This document shows, piece by piece, positions 1 to 9,210 of a stretch of DNA of 64,000 nucleotides. The first letter of the stretch is position 1; the number at the start of each line of letters is the position of its first letter. Below the pieces are notes generated by a model, which was not told where the DNA came from, made no database searches, and saw only the letters and a program-made list of their open reading frames with translations. The translations under genes and the position numbers were made by a program. Where the stretch lies: positions 124,001 through 188,000 of the IMG/VR virus record IMGVR_UViG_2162886007_000107; one strand, given 5' to 3'.

Positions 1-1
1 G

Positions 2-1111
2 ATCCAACCCTTTCGCGACGACCTCATGATTGAGATTGTAGAGCGTCAGGGTTTCGGTCAAGTCATGAAGAAGTATCGGGCCATTCCAATGAGTGGCAGC
101 GACCCTGAACTGGAAGGTAACCACACTGCATTGGCTAACCTCATGGCCAATGACCACTTGAACATGGTTAGTGTGGACTTTCAGTTGTTTGAAATGGGCT
201 TTGCCAAATTCCGTAACGCCCCAGCAAGTGACATCTTCTTGATGGCTAAGCTGGAAGACGTATTCCACGACAAGCTGTCTGAATTCGGCGAGACTCTAAA
301 CCTTACCGGACCAGACTCTTGGAAAGGAGTTGATGTAGAGCAACCTGTAGACAACGACCGCATATTTAAGCAGGTGGTAATCCCGGCTAGTGTGCGTCTT
401 ATTGATTTGGGGGACTACCTTCAGAACGATGAGAAGTTTGGTGTGTACAACACTGGATTGGGGTTGTATTACAGGAAGGGCTTGTGGCGCATCTATCCCC
501 TCTACAGGGACGGACGTTATGAAAAGGCACGTAGGGTACTAAACATCTACAGACTGCCTGAGAACGCGTTTCCAACGCTTCACAACACATGGATTGAAGA
601 CGAGAAGAGTATCACTATCTTCTCCACGGGTAAAAGTACCAACAACGACGATACGGACATCGATCGTCAGACTCATGGCGTTGGTCAGCGGGTAATTGCT
701 GCAGATGCTGTGATGGGTGAAACTGGGCGCTACTACAACAAGGGTGTGGCGGTTACTACTCGTGAGGATAGTCTCTCTGAGTTCAAAACAGTTAACCGTA
801 AGTCTGGGGAAGAATGGATTCCATTGGACCCTACTCCAACCAGTAACCTTGGTAAGCGTTTAACCAAGAATGCGGAGAACGATACCTCGGTTACTACAGT
901 GCCTTGGCATAACTCCGATGCACTGAAGATCGATCCTGGGATGCCCCTGCGTTTCTTCTACATGCGTGGTGACATTCTTGTTTACAAGGAGGGTAGTGTG
1001 GCCGGTCTGTTGAGTAAGTACCAAATGGATACTGAAAGTGTTCAACCAGTATTCAGGGAACACTCGGTTATTACCTTGACCATCAACAGTCAGGAGTACG
1101 TCGTCAAGTAA
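2..1111 (+). CDS. 5'-truncated conserved jumbo-phage protein, probably virion structural (baseplate/tail)
   Basis: Frame is open from position 2 (IQPFRDDLM...), so the gene begins left of the window. Product guessed from style and context only. Confidence 0.5.
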   Translation: MQPFRDDLMIEIVERQGFGQVMKKYRAIPMSGSDPELEGNHTALANLMANDHLNMVSVDFQLFEMGFAKFRNAPASDIFLMAKLEDVFHDKLSEFGETLNLTGPDSWKGVDVEQPVDNDRIFKQVVIPASVRLIDLGDYLQNDEKFGVYNTGLGLYYRKGLWRIYPLYRDGRYEKARRVLNIYRLPENAFPTLHNTWIEDEKSITIFSTGKSTNNDDTDIDRQTHGVGQRVIAADAVMGETGRYYNKGVAVTTREDSLSEFKTVNRKSGEEWIPLDPTPTSNLGKRLTKNAENDTSVTTVPWHNSDALKIDPGMPLRFFYMRGDILVYKEGSVAGLLSKYQMDTESVQPVFREHSVITLTINSQEYVVK

Positions 1112-1243
1112 AAGTCCACTGGAGGTTTGCTCTTATACACTACTAGAAAACTGTCTGCGGAAGCGGGTGGGGAGATCCCTTCCTTATTTCTGCAACCTAG
1201 TGGAGCGTAAGCGACCTCCTTCTTCTTGTATCGAGTAATCACA

Positions 1244-1549
1244 ATGGAAAAGCCAGATCTTCAAACCATGTTGAACCTTGCTTCTAAAGCTTATACCGAA
1301 GCTTTGCAGGAAGGCATTATCTCTACTGTTGAGGTTGGCGACCGTGTCAACAAATCTCTGGAAGACTACATCAAAGGCGGAGACTTTCCTCCAACCACCG
1401 CCTACAAGTTTTCTATTCAGGGTGATGGTGAAGGGAACGTTATCAAGAATGGTGTGGTGAAGGCTCACTTCCTTGGTGGTGGCTTGAACATTGAAATTGT
1501 TGAAGAACATATTACCTTTCGTAACACCCAACCATCTTTAACTAATTAA
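1244..1549 (+). CDS. hypothetical protein (~101 aa)
   Basis: ORF track 1226..1549; ATG at 1244 (MEKPDLQ) preferred; tightly coupled to the next gene. Confidence 0.7.
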   Translation: MEKPDLQTMLNLASKAYTEALQEGIISTVEVGDRVNKSLEDYIKGGDFPPTTAYKFSIQGDGEGNVIKNGVVKAHFLGGGLNIEIVEEHITFRNTQPSLTN

Positions 1550-1561
1550 TGGAATATCCCG

Positions 1562-2356
1562 ATGCAACAAGACAACGTTAAAGAAGCACTGTGCCAAGAA
1601 CTTTGTGGTTATGCGATGCTCGGCCTGCACAAGTGCCATGAGAAGAATTGGCAGTCGTCCAAATACGCAGCCAAAGTTATCAAGCACGAAGTAAAGACTC
1701 AGGCTATTCTCAACAACTCCCAGCTCAAAGGAGTGCAGTTGGGGATTGCTATTGAAGAGATGTCTCCAGGCATCATGGCCCCTGCTTGTGAAGTTACTGT
1801 AAAGTGCGTTAGCAAAGATAATTTCATCATCTACCTGGTATCGAAAGCCCCAACGGCAACCACTCATGTGGAAGATACGATCGTGGATGAACCAGAACCT
1901 CTGGAACCTTACGAAGGAACTCCAAAGGCTGCTCCACAAATGCGCATGCTGCGTAGCCACATTCCTTTCCAAACCAATCCGGCTGAAGACAAACTCATCG
2001 AGACCTGGGCAAAGGGATTGGGGCAAAGTCTGGAAGACGATATGCGTTCGAAGTTCGAGCATATCAAGAAAGTGGTTATGGACGAGCTGGGGTATACGGA
2101 AGATCGTCAGCTCATGCCATTGGGTCTGAAGACTCACCTGGAGCGCTTGGCTGGCCATCGTTTCAATTACCTTGAGATGTTCAAGGATGACATCAAGTAC
2201 CAGGATGAAGCGTCCCTACGTCGTCAACTGTACTTCTTCAACCTACTGGCAGCTTTGAACACAGTAGGAAGCTACCTCAAAGGCGAATGGGCTGGTCACG
2301 AAGAAGTCATGGTTGAAGGTAAGGCTACCGACGAGATCCCTCACGTCCAGGTTTGA
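1562..2356 (+). CDS. hypothetical protein, paralog of 2427..3401
   Basis: 264-aa ORF; AGHRFNYLEMFKDDI matches AGDVYDYLDMYTKDI in the next gene. Confidence 0.8.
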   Translation: MQQDNVKEALCQELCGYAMLGLHKCHEKNWQSSKYAAKVIKHEVKTQAILNNSQLKGVQLGIAIEEMSPGIMAPACEVTVKCVSKDNFIIYLVSKAPTATTHVEDTIVDEPEPLEPYEGTPKAAPQMRMLRSHIPFQTNPAEDKLIETWAKGLGQSLEDDMRSKFEHIKKVVMDELGYTEDRQLMPLGLKTHLERLAGHRFNYLEMFKDDIKYQDEASLRRQLYFFNLLAALNTVGSYLKGEWAGHEEVMVEGKATDEIPHVQV

Positions 2357-2373
2357 CCATCTTATCTATTTGA

Positions 2374-2400
2374 CGCTGTGGTCCCTTGTGGGCCACAGTG
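2374..2400 (+). terminator. intergenic hairpin
   Basis: CGCTGTGGTCCC-TTGT-GGGCCACAGTG; one bulge and G-U pairs; no strong U tract. Confidence 0.45.
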
Positions 2401-2426
2401 GCTTAACTATCTGAAGAGGAACTATC

Positions 2427-3401
2427 ATGAGAGACCGCGAACTTTATCGAGCCGCAGTTGAAGCCAACAATACTTTCCTGCGCACTCAAGAGAAACAAAT
2501 TTTTGATACGTTTCTTGTTACCAATTACATTAAAGATGCCATCTATGCACATCTTCAACAACTCAACGTTATTGGTGTTAAAGATGTTGCAGTTGTTTTT
2601 ACAAAAGACTTTACAAAGGGAAGGAGAAGCCCTGGCTATCAAAAAGCAGACGCTTCTTATGAAGATGGTGTACTAACCATTACTATTTATTCAAAGAGAT
2701 TTCTCATGGAACAGAACAATCTTAAAAATGCTCAAGCTGAAGAACTTGCATTGGGTCAGCCTTCTAATACCGCCACAGTTCTGGACGAACTTCGTAAACT
2801 TGATCCCGACACTCCTTTATCCCCATTGGCTGAAAAGTTTAATAGTTTGACTGAAGCGGTTGAAGAAATCATTCATCACCCTTTGGGCGACCTTGGTGCA
2901 CCCCCAACAGCCGTCAGAATAGGTGAAGCGCTTAAAGTCGATCAGAAGTATGCTTGGGCTGGTGATGTCTACGACTACCTGGACATGTACACAAAAGACA
3001 TCGAAGACGTTTTGGGTGTAACTGATATACGCCTGTACAAAGACGGTATCCGTATGGCGGTTGGGTTGTTGTTCGACGCTGCCGACAAGTACGAAGACAA
3101 AGAACGGAAGAAAAGCTTCAAGGCTTACGTTGTTCACAAAATGCTTTCCCACATTGATGACCTTACCAGACAGGTTGCTAAAGCCGAAGAGATGTTTACC
3201 GGTGTTAACCAAGGTCTACAGATGTTGAGCCAATCAACCAAAGGTTACCGCGAACCAATACCGCCCCATGGATTTACCGGACAGGTCATGCCAGAGATCC
3301 GTCAGCCAGATGCTTATGAACGAGCATTGACCAAACAGCGCCAGACTAGCATCATGGATGCAGCATTGTCAGCCGGTAAACCAGGTCCCTATATGGGCTG
3401 A
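2427..3401 (+). CDS. hypothetical protein, paralog of 1562..2356
   Basis: 324-aa ORF with RBS GAGGA upstream. Confidence 0.8.
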   Translation: MRDRELYRAAVEANNTFLRTQEKQIFDTFLVTNYIKDAIYAHLQQLNVIGVKDVAVVFTKDFTKGRRSPGYQKADASYEDGVLTITIYSKRFLMEQNNLKNAQAEELALGQPSNTATVLDELRKLDPDTPLSPLAEKFNSLTEAVEEIIHHPLGDLGAPPTAVRIGEALKVDQKYAWAGDVYDYLDMYTKDIEDVLGVTDIRLYKDGIRMAVGLLFDAADKYEDKERKKSFKAYVVHKMLSHIDDLTRQVAKAEEMFTGVNQGLQMLSQSTKGYREPIPPHGFTGQVMPEIRQPDAYERALTKQRQTSIMDAALSAGKPGPYMG

Positions 3402-3430
3402 AAGCTCCTATAACGCAAAATAGAGCCTTA

Positions 3431-3465
3431 TATACCCCCTACCCCATTGTGGGGTAGGGGGTATA
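3431..3465. terminator. bidirectional intrinsic terminator
   Basis: Perfect 16-bp stem TATACCCCCTACCCCA-TTG-TGGGGTAGGGGGTATA between convergent genes. Confidence 0.85.
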
Positions 3466-3498
3466 GGTTATTTCTCTTGCACGCCTATTTAGAGGTCG

Positions 3499-5031
3499 TC
3501 ATATCGAGTCAAAGTCTTTCAGGATATTCCCGTCAGCATCGAGACTAGTTTGTAAGCTTCTTCTGAAACGTGGTTTACCGTTGACGTCATGCTTCAACCC
3601 GTGGATTGGGTCAATGTCGTAGATCGCAAACCGATGTTCCGGTAGGCAACCTTCACCGCGCTGTTTACCAATGCAGAATGTCCAGTAAGACTTGTAAGAA
3701 GTCTTAGCAACGTGGAACGTAATCTCGACATCCACTTCGTTGGTAATCTTGGTAGAAGTTTCGGTGTATGATTTACCAGCTACTTCCTTGGCGAAATAAA
3801 CTTCCGACTCTTCATCAGCCTCCTGCAACCGTTTCTTGGCATCAGGAGATAATTGGTGAGGAGTAAGGAAGCATATACCACGACCAATAATAAACGCTCG
3901 AATCTTTCGAATGTGTAGCTGTAACTTGTCAGACTTGGAATCGCCTGGCAACATATCAAAGTTTTGCAGTGCGCAGTAGTCGTAAGCGTACCAAATGATC
4001 TCGTGACCTTTCAGCTCCAGCTTACGAACACGATCGAACATAGCTTGAGCGCTATCCTTGTTCGAATCGATTACTTTCATCAGCAGTACCCAGCCGTTGT
4101 CAGCAAAGCACTTGCAGATAGCATCGATGATTTCTTCACGACCAGCCATAGCGAAGTCTGGTTCAGCATCACTGGTGGAAGTGATAGCCAACTTGTACAT
4201 TCGCATGATGATCAAGTCCATGGTATCTTCCGCAGATTCCATGAGAACAGTTGGGATCTTCGAAGCATTACGCAACATGGGCTTGTTATACAAACCGACA
4301 GAGGCCGTGAGATGCGCTACAGTCAACGACTTACCACGGTTGGTCAGTGCGTTAAGCAGATAGAACTTACCACGTCGGAAACCACCATCAGGACTTAGAG
4401 CCAGGTTCAATGCCTGGATGCCGCTCTTGATGATGCCTTCCTTACTGTTCTCCATCTTGGCTTGTTCAATAACAGCGTGGAAACTGAGTCGATCAGCAGT
4501 GCTAATCTCAGACAGTACTTCACTCTGCTTCTCTTCGTACAAAGCACCCATGCGATCGTTGATCATGTCGCTGAGCATCACCCACTCATCTTTTGAGATG
4601 TCGGTGTGTTCTTTGAAGAAGAATTGCTTTACTGCTTTCTTCCACTTGTCAGCAAAACCTTTGTCTTCAAAAGACAAACGAACTTCACTCAAGTGTTTGT
4701 AGATGAGCTTGCGAGTAGCTTCATCATTCGGGCAATCTTCTAGGCCGTCCTCAATGGCTAATTTTATAGCCTCATCGTTCTTCGCGAAGATGCGGACTCT
4801 CTGCATCAAGACTGGTTTCATAACCGGTTCGTCGTCGGACTGTTTAAGTAGCCAGGCGATGGTGGATTTGATACCTTCTCGGATTTCCTTGTCTTGGGAG
4901 AAAACATCTGGAGGTGGAGGAGGAAGCTCTTCAAGAGTTTCTTCCAGTTCCTTCATCAGATTCGCGTCATTGAGTTTCTTGGCCTGGTACAGAGCCGAGA
5001 GCAGCTTAACCAAAACCAGTAAGTCATTCAT
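3499..5031 (-). CDS. dnaB: DnaB-like replicative helicase (phiKZ gp118-like)
   Basis: Walker A ALTNRGKS, MESAE (catalytic E), Walker B YAYDY, H3 motif TPHQLS; lies just upstream of the capsid gene as in phiKZ-like phages. Confidence 0.85.
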   Translation of the reverse strand: MNDLLVLVKLLSALYQAKKLNDANLMKELEETLEELPPPPPDVFSQDKEIREGIKSTIAWLLKQSDDEPVMKPVLMQRVRIFAKNDEAIKLAIEDGLEDCPNDEATRKLIYKHLSEVRLSFEDKGFADKWKKAVKQFFFKEHTDISKDEWVMLSDMINDRMGALYEEKQSEVLSEISTADRLSFHAVIEQAKMENSKEGIIKSGIQALNLALSPDGGFRRGKFYLLNALTNRGKSLTVAHLTASVGLYNKPMLRNASKIPTVLMESAEDTMDLIIMRMYKLAITSTSDAEPDFAMAGREEIIDAICKCFADNGWVLLMKVIDSNKDSAQAMFDRVRKLELKGHEIIWYAYDYCALQNFDMLPGDSKSDKLQLHIRKIRAFIIGRGICFLTPHQLSPDAKKRLQEADEESEVYFAKEVAGKSYTETSTKITNEVDVEITFHVAKTSYKSYWTFCIGKQRGEGCLPEHRFAIYDIDPIHGLKHDVNGKPRFRRSLQTSLDADGNILKDFDSI

Positions 5032-5056
5032 TCCCGCTACCTCGGAGTTTTAAAAG

Positions 5057-5605
5057 ATGATTCTTAGAACCCCCAATGGGAACCCATTGAAGGTGTTTTT
5101 TCTGACCAATGCGATGGCCAGAGTTCTGAAACGAACCGGTGTTCCTTTCAGCGAAATGAGTTCGGTAGAGACATACCATGACAAGCTCACTCATGGAGAG
5201 ATCGCCGGTATTCTCAAAATGGAATTCTGTGCGGCTAAGGTATTGGGCACCCAAATGTCCAACCCTGATCTGCACTTCAAGAATGATTATCAAGGCGGGA
5301 TGTTAAAAGACGCATTTAATAAGGTTGATGGTGAAACCTTATCGGCTGCATTTTTTAACTGCTCCAAATTCAGCTTCTTGAATGCGGGCAACAACACCTT
5401 GCTGATCAGTTTGGACGACCAGGAGGATGAAACAATTCCTGGTTGGTCCAATGCTAAGGGAACAACGTTCTCCGAAGCTTTGCTGGAAACCATCTATGCG
5501 GTCCATGGTTACATGGAATGTCATCATGGTCCCATCGTTGATCCAAAGGTTGGTGAGTTCACGCTCGCATATGTGTTTAAACTGCTTGGCGACCAGAGTT
5601 CGTAA
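5057..5605 (+). CDS. conserved jumbo-phage protein between DnaB and capsid (phiKZ gp119 position), probably virion
   Basis: 182-aa ORF, RBS GGAG; product by synteny only. Confidence 0.6.
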   Translation: MILRTPNGNPLKVFFLTNAMARVLKRTGVPFSEMSSVETYHDKLTHGEIAGILKMEFCAAKVLGTQMSNPDLHFKNDYQGGMLKDAFNKVDGETLSAAFFNCSKFSFLNAGNNTLLISLDDQEDETIPGWSNAKGTTFSEALLETIYAVHGYMECHHGPIVDPKVGEFTLAYVFKLLGDQSS

Positions 5606-5635
5606 GAGTTCTGTCGACACGCAATAAAACAATCA

Positions 5636-5673
5636 TATGTGTAGCAACATATACACGAACAAACATGTTTGTT
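5636..5673 (+). promoter_or_regulatory. capsid leader: TATG late-promoter candidate plus a perfect 16-bp palindrome
   Basis: TATG at 5636-5639 (phiKZ late consensus); AACAAACATGTTTGTT at 5658-5673. Confidence 0.45.
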
Positions 5674-5703
5674 TAAAAGTTTTATCAAAAAGGATATCCT
5701 TCC

Positions 5704-7899
5704 ATGGCATACCGCGAGATGGGCTTTGGTCTGCGTAACCAAGGCAATATGTTCAGCATGATCCGCGACCAGATCGCGGCCTCCGCTTTCAGCGCAGTAC
5801 AAGGTAACGAACAGTTCGGCGACTTCGCTTCGCAATTCGAGCTGAACCAGGTGCAAGGCGTTGAAAGCATGACCCTCAAAGGCATGTTGCACGAACGCCT
5901 CAGCACCCGTAACTACAACGCCTTCCACGGCGCCATGAACCGCGCAAGCGTTTCTCAGAGCGACATGGAAGACATCGTTGCTCGTACCGAAGACTTCTAC
6001 AAGACCGTTGGCGGTCTGGAAGGCTTCTCGATGCAGAACTTCAAGGGTTCGGAAGCCGACATCAAAGCGGCCAACATGACCCTGAACGCACAGTCTCACC
6101 TGCAGACCGCTGCTGCTGAAGCACTGTTCGCCACCGTCACCGTGAAGTACGAAGACGAAGGCGCCTCCCTGACCGTACGTGCTGCCGGCCTGGGTACTTA
6201 TGCCTACGGTAACACCGCCTGGCAACAAGCCTCCGATCTGAAGCCAATCTTCGGTCAACTGCGTACCGGCGAAATGTTCAAGGACGAAGTCCTGGCCATC
6301 TACCCTGTGTACCCTGATGACGCGAACGACGACACTCGTGAGCTGTTCGTCGACGCCGGTGTGGTTTCGCCATGGGGTGCTACCTACCCTGAAAACGACG
6401 CCTACGGTCGTGAAAACCACGACACCAGCTACCTGAAGGTTCCGGGCAACATCCCGAACTTCCTGGGTCTCTGCCAGGCTCCTGGTCAGCGTGCATGGAC
6501 TGCTACCGACGAAATCGAGTCCAACTCGATCATGGTCGAAGCCATCCAGGTTAGCGGTAAACTCGGTACTACCGACGTTACCTTCTTCATCAACACCCGT
6601 TCGATCTCGAACAACACCTTCATCACCTCGACCAACATCCAGTCTTCGGATGACCGTCGTCTGAACATCTACCTGAACCGCTTCAAAGGCTTCTCGGTTC
6701 TGGACAAGGATGGCAAGAACATCGGTGATACCCTGTTCAAGACCTTCAAGGACGCAGGCTTCGAACCGCTGCTGGACATTACCCTGACCGGTAACTTCCA
6801 ACGCCAGAAGAACACCCTGACTCTGAACGCTGGTCAGGTCGGTGTGATCGCTCTGGAAGAAATCACCACTGGTAACACCATCGACCGTGGCCGTGCAAAC
6901 GACCAACAGAAAGCGCTGCTGAAGTCGCTGACTGGCGGTATGGTTAACGGCGCTCGCGTTCGCGCGAATGTGAACAACATCTCGCGTGGTAACTTCGGCT
7001 ACCGCATCGAAGTGTTCGACACCATCAAGCACCTGCCGATCCATCGCGGTTCGCCGGTTTCGGTCAAGTACCCAATCTCGAAAGACGACGTTAACCAGGG
7101 TTCCCTGGACTACGCCATCAGCCAGATGTCGGTCGCGATCAACAACCAGTGCTCGAAGAAAGCGTTCGACATGGCTCAAGAGCACCTCCAGTACATCACC
7201 TCGATCGACGGCTACCCTGTTGTGTCCAACAACCAGGGCTCCAACGTTCTTCCTGGTATGCACTACGTGCAGGCTTCGGCCATCAACCGCAAGATCTCGC
7301 TGAAAGAATCCGTCTCCACTGTGGATTCCACCGGCATCTTCGAAGCGGTATCGGCCGTGTTCACCAACGAACTGAGCGACATCACTGCTGCCCTGGCTAC
7401 CAAGTCCGGCATCATGGCGATCGCTGAGTACGGCGGTACCGTAGCACCGAAGTGGAACATCATCGTGCACCAGAACCTGGCGCGCTTCCTGATGCACCTC
7501 GGCGATGCTCGTACCCTGGGTGCTGGCGTTGGCATGAAGGCGGTGGAAACCAACTTCACCAGCCAGATCGGTCAGATCCTGATCGTGACTGAGAACGACT
7601 CGACTTCCGACTACATCAACCCTCTGGGTGGTATCGGCGTCATGGTCTCGAAAGAGAACATCGTTGTTCAAGGTAACGTGACTCGTGATCAGCAAGACTT
7701 CGGTGTTGTCATGACCATGCCTACCTACAAGCACTGGGCGCTGAACCCAATCATCGGCTCGCTGGTGATCGAAGACGCGCACGAGTTCCTGGGCGACGAA
7801 GGTCTGCTGACCAAACTCGGCAAACAGAAAGTCGAGGTGCTGGGTCTGGCTGAAGGCCTGAAGGCAATCGCTGACGCACAGGCGCCAGTAACCCCGTAA
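5704..7899 (+). CDS. major capsid protein (phiKZ gp120-like)
   Basis: 731 aa (phiKZ-type capsid size), strongest codon bias in the window, position between DnaB and an RNAP subunit, strong terminator downstream. Confidence 0.85.
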   Translation: MAYREMGFGLRNQGNMFSMIRDQIAASAFSAVQGNEQFGDFASQFELNQVQGVESMTLKGMLHERLSTRNYNAFHGAMNRASVSQSDMEDIVARTEDFYKTVGGLEGFSMQNFKGSEADIKAANMTLNAQSHLQTAAAEALFATVTVKYEDEGASLTVRAAGLGTYAYGNTAWQQASDLKPIFGQLRTGEMFKDEVLAIYPVYPDDANDDTRELFVDAGVVSPWGATYPENDAYGRENHDTSYLKVPGNIPNFLGLCQAPGQRAWTATDEIESNSIMVEAIQVSGKLGTTDVTFFINTRSISNNTFITSTNIQSSDDRRLNIYLNRFKGFSVLDKDGKNIGDTLFKTFKDAGFEPLLDITLTGNFQRQKNTLTLNAGQVGVIALEEITTGNTIDRGRANDQQKALLKSLTGGMVNGARVRANVNNISRGNFGYRIEVFDTIKHLPIHRGSPVSVKYPISKDDVNQGSLDYAISQMSVAINNQCSKKAFDMAQEHLQYITSIDGYPVVSNNQGSNVLPGMHYVQASAINRKISLKESVSTVDSTGIFEAVSAVFTNELSDITAALATKSGIMAIAEYGGTVAPKWNIIVHQNLARFLMHLGDARTLGAGVGMKAVETNFTSQIGQILIVTENDSTSDYINPLGGIGVMVSKENIVVQGNVTRDQQDFGVVMTMPTYKHWALNPIIGSLVIEDAHEFLGDEGLLTKLGKQKVEVLGLAEGLKAIADAQAPVTP

Positions 7900-7993
7900 T
7901 GAGCCTGCCCGATACGTACTACGGGGTACTCTCCCCGAAGTAAAGAAACGATCAGGTAGGCAGTAACGCGGTTGTAGAGTAAATCCCCTCCTG

Positions 7994-8040
7994 CCCTACT
8001 CCCTTCACGGGGAGTAGGGTGGGTGGAGGTTTATTTTTTT
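7994..8040 (+). terminator. intrinsic terminator (CCCTAC family)
   Basis: CCCTACTCCC-TTCACG-GGGAGTAGGG followed by TTTATTTTTTT. Confidence 0.85.
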
Positions 8041-8057
8041 GCATGTCCAAGAGTTTT

Positions 8058-8075
8058 TCAAACCTAAATTATTAG
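8058..8075 (+). promoter_or_regulatory. phage promoter candidate (middle type)
   Basis: TCAAACCTAAATTATTAG matches TCAAGCCTAAATTATTAC at 54843 in 16 of 18 positions; both follow a terminator and precede an operon. Confidence 0.55.
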
Positions 8076-8105
8076 GACAGATGAACTTATAATGGTATTC
8101 CTAAA

Positions 8106-9185
8106 ATGCATACCTTCCGTTTTAGTTATGAGTTGGTTAACGACTCTAAAGAGAACTGCATCACAGCCGTCTTCAAAGGGGGCCTTCGCTACACAGTACC
8201 CCATAGCAGACGTTCTGATTACTGTGATGAAAGGACTCACTTGAAGGTATCTTTGGAATCCGTCCATTTGGATCGGCTGGGTATTTTCGTAGAAGAAGCA
8301 ATGTCCAAGTTGGATGAGCGGATCCTTCTTTATTTGAAGAACGCTAAACGTGTTATTGAGGCAGAGCCTTATTACAACAAGGACAACGCAGTTCGTTTGA
8401 GCGTAGAGGTAGATTTGGGGGATCTGTTCGAGAACTCCAATGACCACAGTCTACATTCCGAACTGTTAGGTGTTACATGGTATATCGGCGAACCTCGGCT
8501 CAGAGTAAGAGCCAAGAACTCGATGAAGCGGCTCACTGAACAAGAAATGGTTAGAGCTTTTAATCATTGCGGCATGAGCATGAATATTTTCCTGGTAGAT
8601 CCAGGGCGAATCACTAACCCAATGTACGTGAACGTGCTGGGCAAGAGTGTGCAGGTACCGATTGCAGACTTCGAGGAAATCGATTGTGCTAGCCCGGGCC
8701 TGTTTATTACAAGGGGAGACCATAAAAATATACCAGAGAATGAATCTTACACTCTGGACGAATTAAAGGACAGTAAGCTACTAGAACGGCTGGGGGTTTT
8801 CTTGACCAAAGCAGAGTGTGACGCGAACGGTAACACCGAACGTTTCATACAGGCTGAGAAAAATGCCAAAGACCTTTCAAGAAGTCTGGAGGATCGTGAT
8901 AAACAACTGAAAGAGGCCCGCGAGAAACTGAAGAAGGCCGATAAGGAAATCGAAGATCTTCAGAAAACGATCGCCGAAGTCAAGTCTGACTATAAGAGCG
9001 ATATGCGTGAAATGAAGAATGAGTTGAAGCAAGCGGCTAGGGAAGCTAAACTTGATTCAAAGAAATCAGAATACAAGTTCGAGCAATCGAAATCCAAGAA
9101 TGAAATCTTGGCCTGGAGCGACATCCTCAAAGCAGGGGTCAACCTGGTTGGTTCTGTAGTGGGCCTTGGTAAGTTATTCAGTTAA
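8106..9185 (+). CDS. conserved hypothetical protein with C-terminal coiled coil
   Basis: 359 aa; K/E-rich heptads over roughly residues 245-330, then an amphipathic tail. Confidence 0.8.
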   Translation: MHTFRFSYELVNDSKENCITAVFKGGLRYTVPHSRRSDYCDERTHLKVSLESVHLDRLGIFVEEAMSKLDERILLYLKNAKRVIEAEPYYNKDNAVRLSVEVDLGDLFENSNDHSLHSELLGVTWYIGEPRLRVRAKNSMKRLTEQEMVRAFNHCGMSMNIFLVDPGRITNPMYVNVLGKSVQVPIADFEEIDCASPGLFITRGDHKNIPENESYTLDELKDSKLLERLGVFLTKAECDANGNTERFIQAEKNAKDLSRSLEDRDKQLKEAREKLKKADKEIEDLQKTIAEVKSDYKSDMREMKNELKQAAREAKLDSKKSEYKFEQSKSKNEILAWSDILKAGVNLVGSVVGLGKLFS

Positions 9186-9210
9186 CTATAAGCGCGCGTT
9201 AGGAGCATGT

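Noticed and set aside
5524-7782. 752-aa antisense ORF over the capsid gene
   Set aside because: It is in the same codon register as the sense gene. Antisense stops need sense TTA/CTA/TCA, which this biased gene avoids. No RBS or protein-like motif.
7897-7902. TAATGA after the capsid gene as a readthrough or recoding site
   Set aside because: Two tandem stops argue for tight termination, and no extended frame follows.
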